Below are positions 24,962-39,457 of a stretch of 64,000 bases of DNA, piece by piece. The notes below the pieces were generated by a model. The model saw only the letters and a program-made list of their open reading frames with translations, ran no database searches and was not told the DNA's origin. Positions within the stretch are counted from its first letter, which is position 1; the number at the start of each line of letters is the position of its first letter. The translations under genes and the position numbers were made by a program. The stretch comes from Dictyostelium discoideum (lineage: Eukaryota): NCBI GenBank assembly GCA_000004695.1, contig CM000151.3, positions 2,912,001 through 2,976,000 on the forward strand, written 5' to 3'.

Positions 24962-26513
24962 TTAGCCAACCATTGTAAAATCATCGATTTCACCATCACT
25001 AGAAAAATCAGGTTGATAAGTATTTAATTTTGGTGGATAGTTTGGAGTTTGTTGTTGGTTAGTGTTGTTGTTGTTGTTTTTGTTGTTGTTATTATTATTA
25101 TTTTGATTATTATTTTGATTATTATTTGGATTATAGGGAATATGATGATGAACTATAAATTCTTCATCATCAACAACAATATTTTCAGGAATACAAGAAT
25201 GATTATTTCCACCATTTGCAATAGTGATTGCAAGCATTTCAGTTGTTTCACTCTCTGCATAATCATCAACCAATTCACATTCGATTTGATAATCTGGTAA
25301 CTTTTGACAAACTGAAATGATTGGAAATTCACAATTATTAATTACAGATAATCTATCACAAAGATCTTCAAAACTTGCTTGATCTCTACAATAAAATCCA
25401 ATTGATAAAGATGGATCTAATTGTGTAAATGGCATTTTTTGCGGTATACATCCACTATATGTCTATTTAATTATTATTTATAATATATATATAAATATAT
25501 ATTAATAAAACTTAGATTTGAATAATCGAATGAATTATTATTATTATTATTTATAAAACTTACATTTGAATAATCGAATGAATTTGGATTAACACTTTCT
25601 TGGACAAAATGAGGATCTAAATAAATGACTTGATCATCTTGAAAACCAATAAAATAAAATGATTGTTTTGGTTTACCACCAATAAAACCTAAACTTTGTG
25701 GTAATTTTAATAATAATTTTAATTTTTCAATATAGGTTGAGTTTAATTTATCTGCACCCAATTTCAAAGGTATCATAATAATCAATGATTTCCACTTTGG
25801 TGGTATTGAACTAATAGCTGTGTTATAGTCAAATAATGATTCATCATCAAATACTTGATTATTATATCCATTTGGTACTCTAGATGGTGGTGATTGATTA
25901 TTGTTATTATTACTACTTGTTGCTGTGGTTGTTGTAGTTGTTGTGGTTGTTGGGTTGTTGTTATTATTATTTTTATTATTATTTTGTTGAATATTTTGTT
26001 GTTCTCTTAAATGTTGTAATTGTTGTTGAATAATTTGATAATGATTATGTGTATTACTATTATTACATAAATTATTTATATAATCTTTATATATGACACC
26101 ATCAGTTGGAACGTACATTTCTAAATCTTCCAAATGTTGAAATTTAATTAATTGTCTTAAAATATTTGAAATTCTAGTTGGAGCTAACCATTCCTCTACA
26201 TTATCATTTATCTCTTCTTCTTTTTCTTTTTTCTTTTTTCCTTTAGAACTTCCTCCTCCTCCTCGATTTAATGAAATCACTTGTTCTCTTAAAATTTGTT
26301 GTTTTCTATTATTCTTTTCCATTGCTTGTTTTTTATTTACAATTTGATGTATACCATATACATGCTCCTTTGAAGGATAATCACTAAACCATGCCAACAC
26401 TTGGCTATAATTTGAATGTGGTTTCTTTCTTTCTATTTCTGGTACCATATCTTTTTTTTTTTTTAAAAAAAAAAAAAATAAATAAAAATAATTAATTGGT
26501 TAATAAAGTTTAA

Positions 26514-26571
<58 letters not shown>

Positions 26572-27556
26572 ATTATAAAATAAAACAACAAATAATCATA
26601 CCATTTTCTTTATAAAGATGTTTAATTAATGCTCTAGCTAATATCATTTGACCAGTTCTTAACATACAACCCCAACCAATATCTGTAGTAATATTTGTAT
26701 TTTCTATTGGTGGGAAATCTTTCCTATAACTAAACCATATCATTGAAGCTACATCTGATAAAAATCCTGATTCTATAGCTGGTCTATATATAAGATCTGT
26801 AGTTAAATTGTTGTTGTTATTATTATGATTATTATTATGATTATTATTATTATTACTATTACTATTGTTATTTTGAAAAATACCTATAGATTGTTGAAGT
26901 TGTGTTGGTTGGGTCTGTGGTACTTGATTATTATTACTATTATTATTACTATTATTATCTTTTGAGGTATAACACCTTCCCATTAACCAAATTGGTGAGG
27001 GTGAAAAATGTGGAGGCTCCGTTGGATCTTTAAATAAAATGTTAATATATATAAACGATGAAATAATAATAGAAAATAAATAATAATTCCTAAAAACATA
27101 CAATTTCTATAAAGATTATAAAAAGACATCATAATTTTTTGTTTTCCCTCTTTATATATATTTAAAATATTTGTTTTTTGTTTTTGTTCTTTTTGTCGTT
27201 GTTGTTCTTTAATTTGTGATTGTTGTTGTAATAATTGTTGTTGATAAAAAACTTGTTCTTGTAAAAATTGTTCTTGTTGTTGTTGTTGTTGTAAATTGAT
27301 TTGTCTTTGATTTTGGAATGAATTTCCCATTGCCGTTGATGATGATGGTGTTGATGATGATGATGTTGGTGAATTTGGTTGATTAAATCCATAAGAAATT
27401 TGTTGTGGTGCTTGTTGTTGTTGTCTCAAATATGATTGTTGATTATAAGTTTGTTGTTGATATTGAAAAGGTTGTAAATGACTTCCATCTAAACATATAT
27501 AAATATGATCAATCTATATTAATATAAATTTCATTATAAAAAATTTTTTTTTCTTT

Positions 27557-27587
<31 letters not shown>

Positions 27588-27655
27588 GAATAAAAAAAAT
27601 TATAATGAAAATACTTACCCTGATAACCATTATGGTGTGAATATTTCGTAAACAT
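24962..27655 (-). CDS. Autophagy cysteine protease ATG4 (peptidase C54). Five exons: 27619-27655, 27102-27488, 26602-27027, 25564-26450, 24962-25462; about 746 aa.
   Basis: N-terminal motif PSPIWLMGRCYTS. Catalytic block FLSDVASMIWFSYRKDFPPI...DIGWGCMLRTGQMILARALIKHLY. YGIHQIVNK block. C-terminal DPSLSIGFYCRD motif. All junctions are in phase (GTAAGT, GTATGT, GTATGA, GTAAGT donors). Confidence 0.8.
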
Positions 27656-28320
27656 TGTATAAATTTATATTATAAAAAAAAAACTATTGTTTTAAATTTT
27701 TTTTTTTCTTTTTTTATTTTTTTATTTTTTTATTTTTTTATTTTTTGAGAGATTGGGTTTACAAAAAAAAAGTCTATTTAATATATGATTTAATGCCAAT
27801 AGCCATTTAAACTTTTTTCCTTATTATTGTTATTACTATTATTATTATTACTATAATTATTATTTTATTATTATTATTATTATTATTATATGTGCAGTAT
27901 TTTTAAAAAGTGATTGTTACAAATTAATAAGTTAACTTGAATATTCCAATAAAAAAAAAAAATAGAAAAATAGAAAAAATAAAAAAAATAAAAAATTATA
28001 ATGTATTTCGAAATTGTGAGAGATATTAAAAAAAAATAAAAAAAAAATAAAAAAAAAAAAATAAATAAAAAATAAAAAAATTAAAAATAATTTTTAATTT
28101 TTTTAATTTTTTTATTTTTTTTTATTTTTTTTTTTTTGAGAGCCCCAACACCTGGGGCAAAATTTTAATTAAAATATCAATTATAAAAAAAAAAAAAAAA
28201 AACGTCGCAACACTTGTATATTAAAAAAAAAAAAAAAAAAAAAAGCAAAAATTAACACCTTAGTATATAAAAAAAAAAAAATAAAAAAAACAAATAACAA
28301 AAGACGATAAAAAAAAAAAC

Positions 28321-28384
28321 ATGATGATGGATTGCTTCTCAACACCAGTCCAAAGAAATAATAACATTAATAATAATAATAACA

Positions 28385-28419
<35 letters not shown>

Positions 28420-29173
28420 TGTACAATTAGTACTAGTGGTAGTAGTAGTAGTAGTAGTGGTGGTGGTGAAATTAATTGTAATAAAAATGAAAAAGAAGTT
28501 ATTGTTAAAGTATTAAAGAATGGATTAATAGAGAGTAATTCATTATTTAAAGTATATAGATTTGAAAAGAATATGTGTGACGGTGGAGGATTTGTATTGA
28601 ATAGATTAATAGGTGGTGATAAAGAGTTACAACATATTGATCCATTTGTATTGTTGGATGAAATTAATACCAATTCACCTCAAGAATATGAAAAAGGATT
28701 CCCAGATCATCCACATCGTGGTATTCAATTGGTGACATATATGTTGGAAGGTTTGATGGTACATAATGATTCGTTAGGTAATAAAGTTGTATTAAAGACA
28801 GGTGATCTTCAATGGATACTATCGGGTAAAGGTATAGTACATAGTGAGATGCCATCCTCGACAACCTCTAAACTTTGGGTCATTCATTATTGGTTAAATT
28901 TACCAAAACAATTGAAAATGGTTGAACCAGATTACCAATATGTATCGAATGAATCAATTCCATTAATTCAACGTACAAATGGTAATACTGATTTCATGAT
29001 TAAAGTTATCTCTGGTCAATATTTAGATAATGAAACAAAGATATTACATAAAAGTCCTTTAAAAAGTTTAGGTTTAAATCCTCAAGTTTTAGATATTGAT
29101 ATAAAATTAAATACTGATAATAATAATAATAACAATCAACTTATAAGTGCAGATAATGGTGATAATGGTGGTG

Positions 29174-29240
<67 letters not shown>

Positions 29241-29424
29241 TACTAATGATAATAATGGTGAAAATAATGAAGAATATACTTGTAAAAAAGAATCTACTAC
29301 TCCATTTGAAATTGATATAAATGAAACATTTGGTTCATTTTTATTGGTTTTAGATGGTCCAGTTTCAATAAATAATTCAAAACCTATTGGTCCTGGAAAA
29401 CTTATTGTATTTAATAGAAAATCA

Positions 29425-29457
<33 letters not shown>

Positions 29458-29691
29458 TGTACAAATAATAATAGTAATATAAATAATAATAGTGGTGGTA
29501 GTGATAATATAGATATAGATAATGAAAATTGTACCTTTAATAGAGTTTCAATAACATCTAAATCAAATTCAAGACTTTTATTCTTTTCATCAAAACAAAT
29601 TCAAGAACCAATATTTAAATATGGACCATTTGTAATGAGTGATATGAATGATATTCATCAATGTTTCATTGATTTTGAATATGGTCTTTAA
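28321..29691 (+). CDS. Pirin-family bicupin protein. Single exon with Asn-rich insertions.
   Basis: Pirin N-terminal cupin signature GFPDHPHRGIQLVTYMLEGLMVHNDSLGNKVVLKTGDLQWILSGKGIVHSE; a second cupin half is in the C-terminus (GPFVMSDMNDIHQCFIDFEYG). Confidence 0.8.
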
Positions 29692-29843
29692 AAAATAGAA
29701 AAAGAAAAGAAAATAAAAATAAAAAAACAAGATTTTGTAAATTTAAATAATCTTTAAATCAAAAAAAAAAAAATTTATGTTTATAGAGAATTCTCATTTT
29801 ATATTATCATTTTATTTAAAATTTTTTTATTTTTATTTTTATT

Positions 29844-30917
29844 TTATTGTAGATTTGTTGCTGTTGTGGTAGTAACAGGAGTATTCATTACTTTTTGCCA
29901 ACATTCATATGTACAAACTGGAAGATTATTTTTTGGACAATTATATCTTTTAATATTATTACAATTTAAAACTGAGCATTTAATTGGTGTATTGATTTTA
30001 ACTGTTGTCGTTGTTGTTGTTGTTGCTGTTGCTGTTGCTGTATTTTTACTTATTTCTTTATCTTTTTCAATTTGTTCAATCATTGGATGCCCAATCGGAT
30101 ATGATAAAGTTTTACCATTATCACTATCATCCTTATAACAAACTGTTTTACCATTTATTTGTTTTAAAAATAAATCCTTTAAAAATTTTAAATAATTAAA
30201 TTAATACAGAGTGTTTTTTTTTTAATATACATATATATATAAAAATAAACTTACATGTCTTGAGGGCTTTTTTTCATCCTCAGCAGATGTTTCTTTTGTA
30301 GCAGCTTTTCTATAAAATAATTGATTAACGACATCTCTCATACTCGCTTCATCTTCTTCTATCTTTTTATTTCTTCTATATAATGCAATTTCACTCTTTT
30401 TTTGTTTCATCTCATCTGTTAATACTTTTATCTTTTTAACTTCTTGTGGTATTGGTGCCAATAGTTTTTGATTTAATCCACCACCACTACCTCTTTTCAT
30501 ATCTTTTTGTCTACTTGTACCAATTAAATTATTATTATTATTTTTATTATTACCTTCAATTTCTTCATCTTCTTCATCGTCTTCTTCATCTTCTAAATCC
30601 TCTTCTTCTTCATTAAATTCTTCATCTTCATCTTCATTAAATTCTTCATCTTCATCTTCATTTTTATTTTTATTTTTACCTCCACTATTATTATTATTAT
30701 TTGATGTTGAATTTTCATCACCAATATCTAATTCTTCATCATCTTCATCTTCTTCCATTGGTTCATTGTAATTACTATTTTTACCGCCTTTTTTATTATT
30801 TATTTTATTATTATTATTATTTACATTTATTGGTTCATCATCACTACCAAAATCACTACTACTACTACTGCTACTTAATTCATCGTCACTAAATTTATTA
30901 TTTTTTATTGGTTTCAT
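29844..30917 (-). CDS. Highly acidic (D/E-rich) protein with a C-terminal Cys-rich, possibly zinc-binding, motif. Two exons: 30248-30917 and 29844-30190.
   Basis: Exon 1 has poly-Ser and long DEDEEF/EEDLEDEEDDEEDEE runs, and ends KKPSRH|GTAAGT. Exon 2 reads DLFLKQINGKTVCYKDDSDNGKTLSYPIGHPMIEQIEK...PIKCSVLNCNNIKRYNCPKNNLPVCTYECWQKV. The splice is in phase 0. Function is unknown; the pattern is only loosely HIT/zinc-ribbon-like. Confidence 0.45.
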
Positions 30918-31022
30918 TTGTTTAAAAGATTTTTTTTTTTTTTTTTTTGTGAGTTTTATAATTAATGAAAAAAATAAAAAAAAATAAAAAAAGTTAAAAA
31001 AATTTTAAAAAAAAAAACAAAT

Positions 31023-31062
<40 letters not shown>

Positions 31063-31448
31063 TTTTTAACCTTTTTTTAGTAAATTTATTCTCAAAATTT
31101 TTTTTTTTTAAACACCAAGAATTTGAAACTTTAAAAAAATAAAAAAAAATCTTTTCTTAAATATTTATTCAATAAATAAATAATTAATAATTACCTTTTT
31201 TTTTTTTTTTTATTTATTATTATTTTTATTATTTTTTTTAAAAATCATTAAAATAAATGAAATCAAATCTGGATTATTTTATTTGTTTTGGACTTTATTT
31301 TTTTTATGTACTAATGAAATTCTATTTATTTTATTTATTTTTAAATTTTTTATTTTTATTTTTTTTATTTTTTTATTTTTATTTTTATTTTTTTTTTTTT
31401 CAATTTTCATTTTCCGTTTTTTCATTTCAATCCAAATAAAAAAGGAAA

Positions 31449-33021
31449 ATGGCAGGGTCAATGAAAAATTTATTGGGATCATTGCAAACTAGTTTAAATT
31501 CCAAACCATATTCTCTTGGTAAATCATTTATAAAAGTTTTTAGAAAAAGTAATGGATTTTGTGATTTTGATTTCACATTAAAAGATGGTTCAGCCAAAGG
31601 TATAGCTTTAATTGATACAAACTTTGAACCCCCTATTAGAATCATGAACTATTGTAATGAAATATTTTCAAGAGATTATATTAAGTATGTTAAAAATCAT
31701 CAATAATATTATTTTCACAATTATATCTTATACTAATTTTTTTTTTTTTTTTTTTTTTTTTAAAACAAAAATAGAAATTCATTAAAAAAAGCGATGGAAC
31801 TTAGAGAAAAACTTTCAAATGATAAAATTATTGATATTGGACCAAAGTCAGCATATAGATTAGTTAATGATGGTTCAGATGGTTTATCAGGATTAACAGT
31901 TGATGTTTTTGCTGATTATTTACAAATTACTGTAATTATTATTATTATTTCCTATTTTTTTTTTTTTTAATTTATTTTATATACATATATTAATACAAAT
32001 TTATTAGACACTTTCAGATCATTGGCATCCTCATGTTAGATATATATCAGAATATTTATTAAATGAAACTGGTAAAAAAGGAATATATTGGAAAATTAGT
32101 ACAAAAGATCAACAAATGTCTAAACTTTATTTAGGAAAAGGTTATGAATTAGATGAAGCCAATCAAACAACATTGATAATTGAAGAGAATGGTATGAAAT
32201 CTTATATAGATTTATTGGATTTAAAATCAACAGGATTTTATTTAGAACATAGAGATAATAGACAAATTATATCAAACCTTTTCAAAGGTAGAAATGGTGG
32301 TTCAATTCTAAATTTATTTGCACATACTTGTTCATTTTCAATTGCACCTTGTGTCAATGGTCATAAAATTCAAACTTATAATATTGATGAGTCAATTAAA
32401 AACTTTAAATTTGCAGATAGAAATTTTAAATTGAATGGTTTAGATACAAATTATCATAAATTCTCTCAAAAAGATGTTTTCACACAATTGGATTATTTAA
32501 AATCTAAATCCACAAGATTTGATGTAATCGTTTTGGATCCACCACCTCGTACAAAAGGTAATGGTTTTGGTATATTTACAAGTAAAGATTGTTATAGAGA
32601 TTTATTACAATTGGCAATACCATTATTAAATCCTGGTGGTTTCATTGCTTCTTTTGTAAATACTCAATCAATATCTGAATCAAAATGGTTAAGACAAATT
32701 GGTGTTAAAAATGATTTAGAAATTAATGAAAATCATTCAAAAAAACAAATTACAATACCAACTGATGATAATAATAATAATGATGATTTAAATGAAATTT
32801 CACAATTAAATATTAAAGAAGCACAATTTTCAAATTTTACTAAAAATGTATCACCATTTATCAAATTACCTAAATTTAAAGCAGTTCAATATTTTGATCA
32901 ATCTCAAGATTTTAATGTAAGAAAAGGTGATGAAAATATTGCACAACAATTAAAAGGTGTATTGTTAAAGAATAAGGTTGACTATTCAAAAACTAAATAT
33001 TATTCAAGTAAACAAGATTAG
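31449..33021 (+). CDS. Class I SAM-dependent RNA methyltransferase of the bacterial RlmI/YccW (23S rRNA m5C1962) type. Three exons: 31449-31684, 31775-31931, 32008-33021.
   Basis: Close pattern match to E. coli RlmI. SAYRLVNDGSDGLSGLTVDVFADYLQ parallels [56 protein letters not shown] parallels [75 protein letters not shown]...[12 protein letters not shown] parallels [29 protein letters not shown]...FDVIVMDPPKF. Introns are AA|GTATGT...ATAG|A and ACT|GTAATT...TTAG|ACA, both in phase. Confidence 0.7.
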
Positions 33022-33278
33022 GAATAATAATAATTATATATATTGATTTTTAATTTTTTTAATTTTTTTTTTAATAATAATAATAATAATAATTTTTTTT
33101 ATTTTTTTTTATTTTTTTATACAAATAAAATCCTCATAAATTTTAAAATTAGATTTTACATATGTGTATTTATATATACATATATATTTGTTTTTTTATT
33201 TATTTATTTTTTTTGATTTTTTATTTTTTTTTTTTCCCAAATATCAATATAATGTAAGGATATTTAATTAATTATTTT

Positions 33279-35444
<2,166 letters not shown>

Positions 35445-35467
35445 TTAATTATATTTTTAAAAAAGTT

Positions 35468-35498
<31 letters not shown>

Positions 35499-35774
35499 TA
35501 CAAATTTTATTTTTTAATTATTTATTTATTTATTTATACAAATTTTATTTTAATTCTAATATTACAATTGTTTTTCAAATAAAAATAATTTAACAACAAA
35601 GAAATTTTTTTTTTTTTTTTTTAAAATAAAGATTTAGTTAATCTCCTTTTTTTTTTTTTTTTTTTTTTTATTTTTTTTATTTTTGTTTTTTTTTTTTTTA
35701 TTTGACAGGTTGTTTTTATATTTTTCCTTAAATAAAGAAAAAAATGGTTTATAGATAAAATAAAATCAACAACT

Positions 35775-35809
<35 letters not shown>

Positions 35810-36886
35810 TAGTTATGGTTTTTTATTTGGATTTTATCAAATCATATTTTATTTTTTTAAAAAACTGATAAAACCAAATTATTGCTATTGGTTTGCTTTT
35901 TTGTTTTCCAAAAGGAAAAAAACAAAAAAAAAAAAATTAAAAAAAAATAAAAAAAAATTAAATTATTTTAAATGTTAATTTTAAAAATTAATTTAAAAAT
36001 TAATTTTAGAAATTAATTTAAAATAAAAACAACTGATCGAAAAAAAAAAAAAAAAAAAAAAAAATAAGTTGTTGAATTAAGGAAAAAAAAAAAAACAATA
36101 ACAACAACAACAACAACAGAAATATTGATAGTTATTTTATTTTAAAATAGGTGGGTTTTATATTGCTGATAGTGTTTAAGGGTAATGATAAAAAAAAACA
36201 ATGGTTGAGGTATATAATTTTTTTAATAATTTGAAAAATATGAAAAAAAATAAATAAATAAAATAATTGAAAAAAAAATAAAATTTTAATACAAGGTTAT
36301 TATTTACTACCACACTATAAATAAATAAAAAAATTTTAAACCTTGGAGGTTGCTTATGTATTTGAATAATTTTATTATTATTATTATTATTTTTATTTTT
36401 ATTATTATTTTTTTTTTTTATTTTATTATTTTTTTTATTTTTTTTTTTTATTAATTTATTTTATTAATTTATTAATTTATTTTATTTATTACTATTTAAA
36501 AATAATAATTTTGGTATTGAATGAAGATCTCGAAAAAAAAAAAAAAAAAAAGTGTGAGATTCTAAAGTTTTTTTTTTTTTTTTTTTTTCTTTCTTTCTTT
36601 CTTTCTGAGATTACTAATTTATTCGAAAAAATATAATTATGTTCTTTAATTGCGAATAATGTGGAAATTAGATCTTTTACCAATCACTAAGATTAGTAAG
36701 ACAATGGAAAAAAAACAATAAATTTATTATTGACTTTTTATTATTATTATTTTATTATTTTTATTTATTTTTATTATTATTATAACAAATGTGTTTTTTT
36801 TTTTATAATTATTTCTTATATGAAATTATTTTGACGCAATTGTTGAAAATCAAAATTATTATTTTTAAAAGAAATTTTGTAAAATG

Positions 36887-36921
<35 letters not shown>

Positions 36922-36986
36922 ATTTATTATTATCTATTGTTATAGGGAAAGAGGATTGTAATTTTTAAAAAATTACAAAGGCTAAA

Positions 36987-36988
<2 letters not shown>

Positions 36989-37060
<72 letters not shown>

Positions 37061-37066
37061 ATTATT
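36989..37066. repeat. (ATT)n microsatellite in the intergenic desert.
   Basis: gttattattattatt... about 25 perfect units; a second (ATT)n array lies at 37947-38000. Confidence 0.85.
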
Positions 37067-37211
37067 ATAATTGTTATTGTTATATTATTTAAAACCACAC
37101 AAACACACAGCACACAAACCACACTTTTTTAATCATATAAATTTTATAATTATAATTATTTATATTAAAATGGAAAAAAAAAAAAAAAAAAAAAAAAGTG
37201 AATGGAAGAAG

Positions 37212-37242
<31 letters not shown>

Positions 37243-37517
37243 GAATAAATTTATAAAATATATGAAATATATAAAAAATAAATAAATTTTATAATTTAAT
37301 TATTTATACTCTGTAAAGGTAGTTACTATTTGAAATTTATAGCCGACTGTTTTATAATTCCTTTTCAGGTTTATTTTTTAGTATTTATAATTGTTTAAAT
37401 TTGATTTTTTATTTTTTATTTTTTATTTTTTTGGTTTTTTTTTTTTTTGGTTTTTGATTTAATTAAAAATTATTTAAAAAAGATGGTATAAATACTACTA
37501 AATAATGATAGTTAAAC

Positions 37518-37738
37518 AACACACACACACTCTCTCTCTCTCTCATTCACACTCATTCACACAAAGACACCACTGATATTATTTTTTATAAAAAAAAAAG
37601 AAAATAAAAATATGATAATTGTGATAGTGAGTTAAGATGGCGAATATAAATTAAGTGTGAGTGTGTTTGAGAGAGACAGACAGAGAGTGTGTGTGTGTAG
37701 TGTGTTTGAGAGAGAGTGTGTGTATGTGGTTAAATTTA
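37518..37738. promoter_or_regulatory. Inverted complementary simple-sequence pair: a (CA)n(CT)n tract at 37518-37574 and a (GT)n(GA)n tract at 37655-37738, giving a potential long hairpin or paired CA-rich and G-box elements.
   Basis: First arm: cacacacacactctctctctctctcattcacactcattcacacaaagacacc. Second arm: gtgtgagtgtgtttgagagagacagacagagagtgtgtgtgtgtagtgtgtttgagagagagtgtgtgtatgtgg. Confidence 0.4.
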
Positions 37739-37947
37739 TATTGGTAGGAGGTGGTAAAGAAAAAATACTTTAAATTAAAATAAATATGTTTCTATAATAT
37801 ATTTTTTATTGTTATTGTTGTAGTTGTTGTTGTTAAAATTGTATTTGAAATTTTGATAGTTTAATAATAGTCATTGACTGGTTGGTTGTAAGAGTGGTTG
37901 GTTATAATAAATGGTTGGCTGTTTAGTTTGGCTGCAGCAAAACAATG

Positions 37948-38001
<54 letters not shown>

Positions 38002-38040
38002 GTAGTTGTGGTTAGAAAGAGTTGTTAAAGTGTTATAAAA

Positions 38041-38077
<37 letters not shown>

Positions 38078-38588
38078 CCATATTCACCTTTTTATTTATT
38101 ATTTTTATTTATTTTTATTTTTATTTTATTATAATGTCATGATATTTTAGTATATCCATCTACAAAACAAATATAAAAGGATTAAAAACAAAAAGAAATT
38201 GAAACAACAAATGAGATGAGAGTAAAAAAAAAAAAAACAATAAAAAACAATAAATAAATAAACAAAAAAAAAAAAAAAAATTAAAAAATTAAAAAATTAA
38301 TATTTAAACATTATAAATAAAATCCACAAAAAAAAAAAAGAATACTATTTGAAAACCATTTATTGTAGTTATAATTTATAAATTTATTCAATGGGAGTAT
38401 TATTATTAGTAATATTAATTTTTTATTGTTGTTTTTGTTTTTGGTGTTATTAAACACCATTTATTAACCACTATATAACACACTCACACTATTTATAATA
38501 TTATAAAATAATTATTCCCATTTGTAGATATGATTGTCAATTTTTTTATTTATATTTATGTGTGTAACATATCACATATATCATATAT

Positions 38589-38647
<59 letters not shown>

Positions 38648-38990
38648 AAAATAAAAAATAAAAAATAAATTTTATTGCTATTGTCTCACTACAATAAAAT
38701 AACAATAAAATTTTAACCAAATATTTTTCTTCTATGAGGAAATAAACCTCTGAATAAGTTTTTAACAATATATTCTTTTTTTCTATATCTCTTTTTATTT
38801 TTTTTATTTTTATTTTTATTTTTATTTTTATTTTTATTTTTTGTGAATTCTTAAAAATTTTACTTAAAAATCTAAATGTAAAAAAAAAAAATAATAATTA
38901 TAATAATTTGAGGGATAAATATTGTTAAGGTAAAATTTTATTAATTTTTATTATTTTATTATTTTATTATCATTTTATTATTATTATAAT

Positions 38991-39033
<43 letters not shown>

Positions 39034-39457
39034 GTATTAAGCAGATCTACATCTTGAAAATTGTATGGGTTTGTGTAATGCATTTGAAAAAATTTCCCAA
39101 AATAAAAAAAAAAAAATTGGTTTTTACAATAAAATATTTTAGTACAAATTCACATATCTAAGATTTTAAAAATTTCATCCCATATTGATATTATGGGTGT
39201 ATTAAAAAAGGATTGTTTCCCATAAAATTTAAAAAACAATTTTTTATTTTTTGTTTAATTTTATTTTATTTCATTTCATTTGGTTGTGGTGTTTTGTCGG
39301 GTGGTTAAAAAAATAAATAAAAAAAAAAAACAAATTTCTAAAATTTCGTTAGTTTTTACAATTTTTATTTTATTTTTTTTTTTATTTTTTTTTTTATTTT
39401 TTTTTTTATTATTATGATCAAATATCACACCTATCTAAATTAGTATAATAAGATAAT

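Noticed and set aside
36000-39400. Possible transposable element in the 4-kb ORF-free region
   Set aside because: No ORF longer than 60 aa, no LTR or TIR pairs, and no similarity to coding-dense Dictyostelium elements (DIRS, Skipper, TRE, DDT). The content is microsatellites, poly(T) and simple-sequence tracts.
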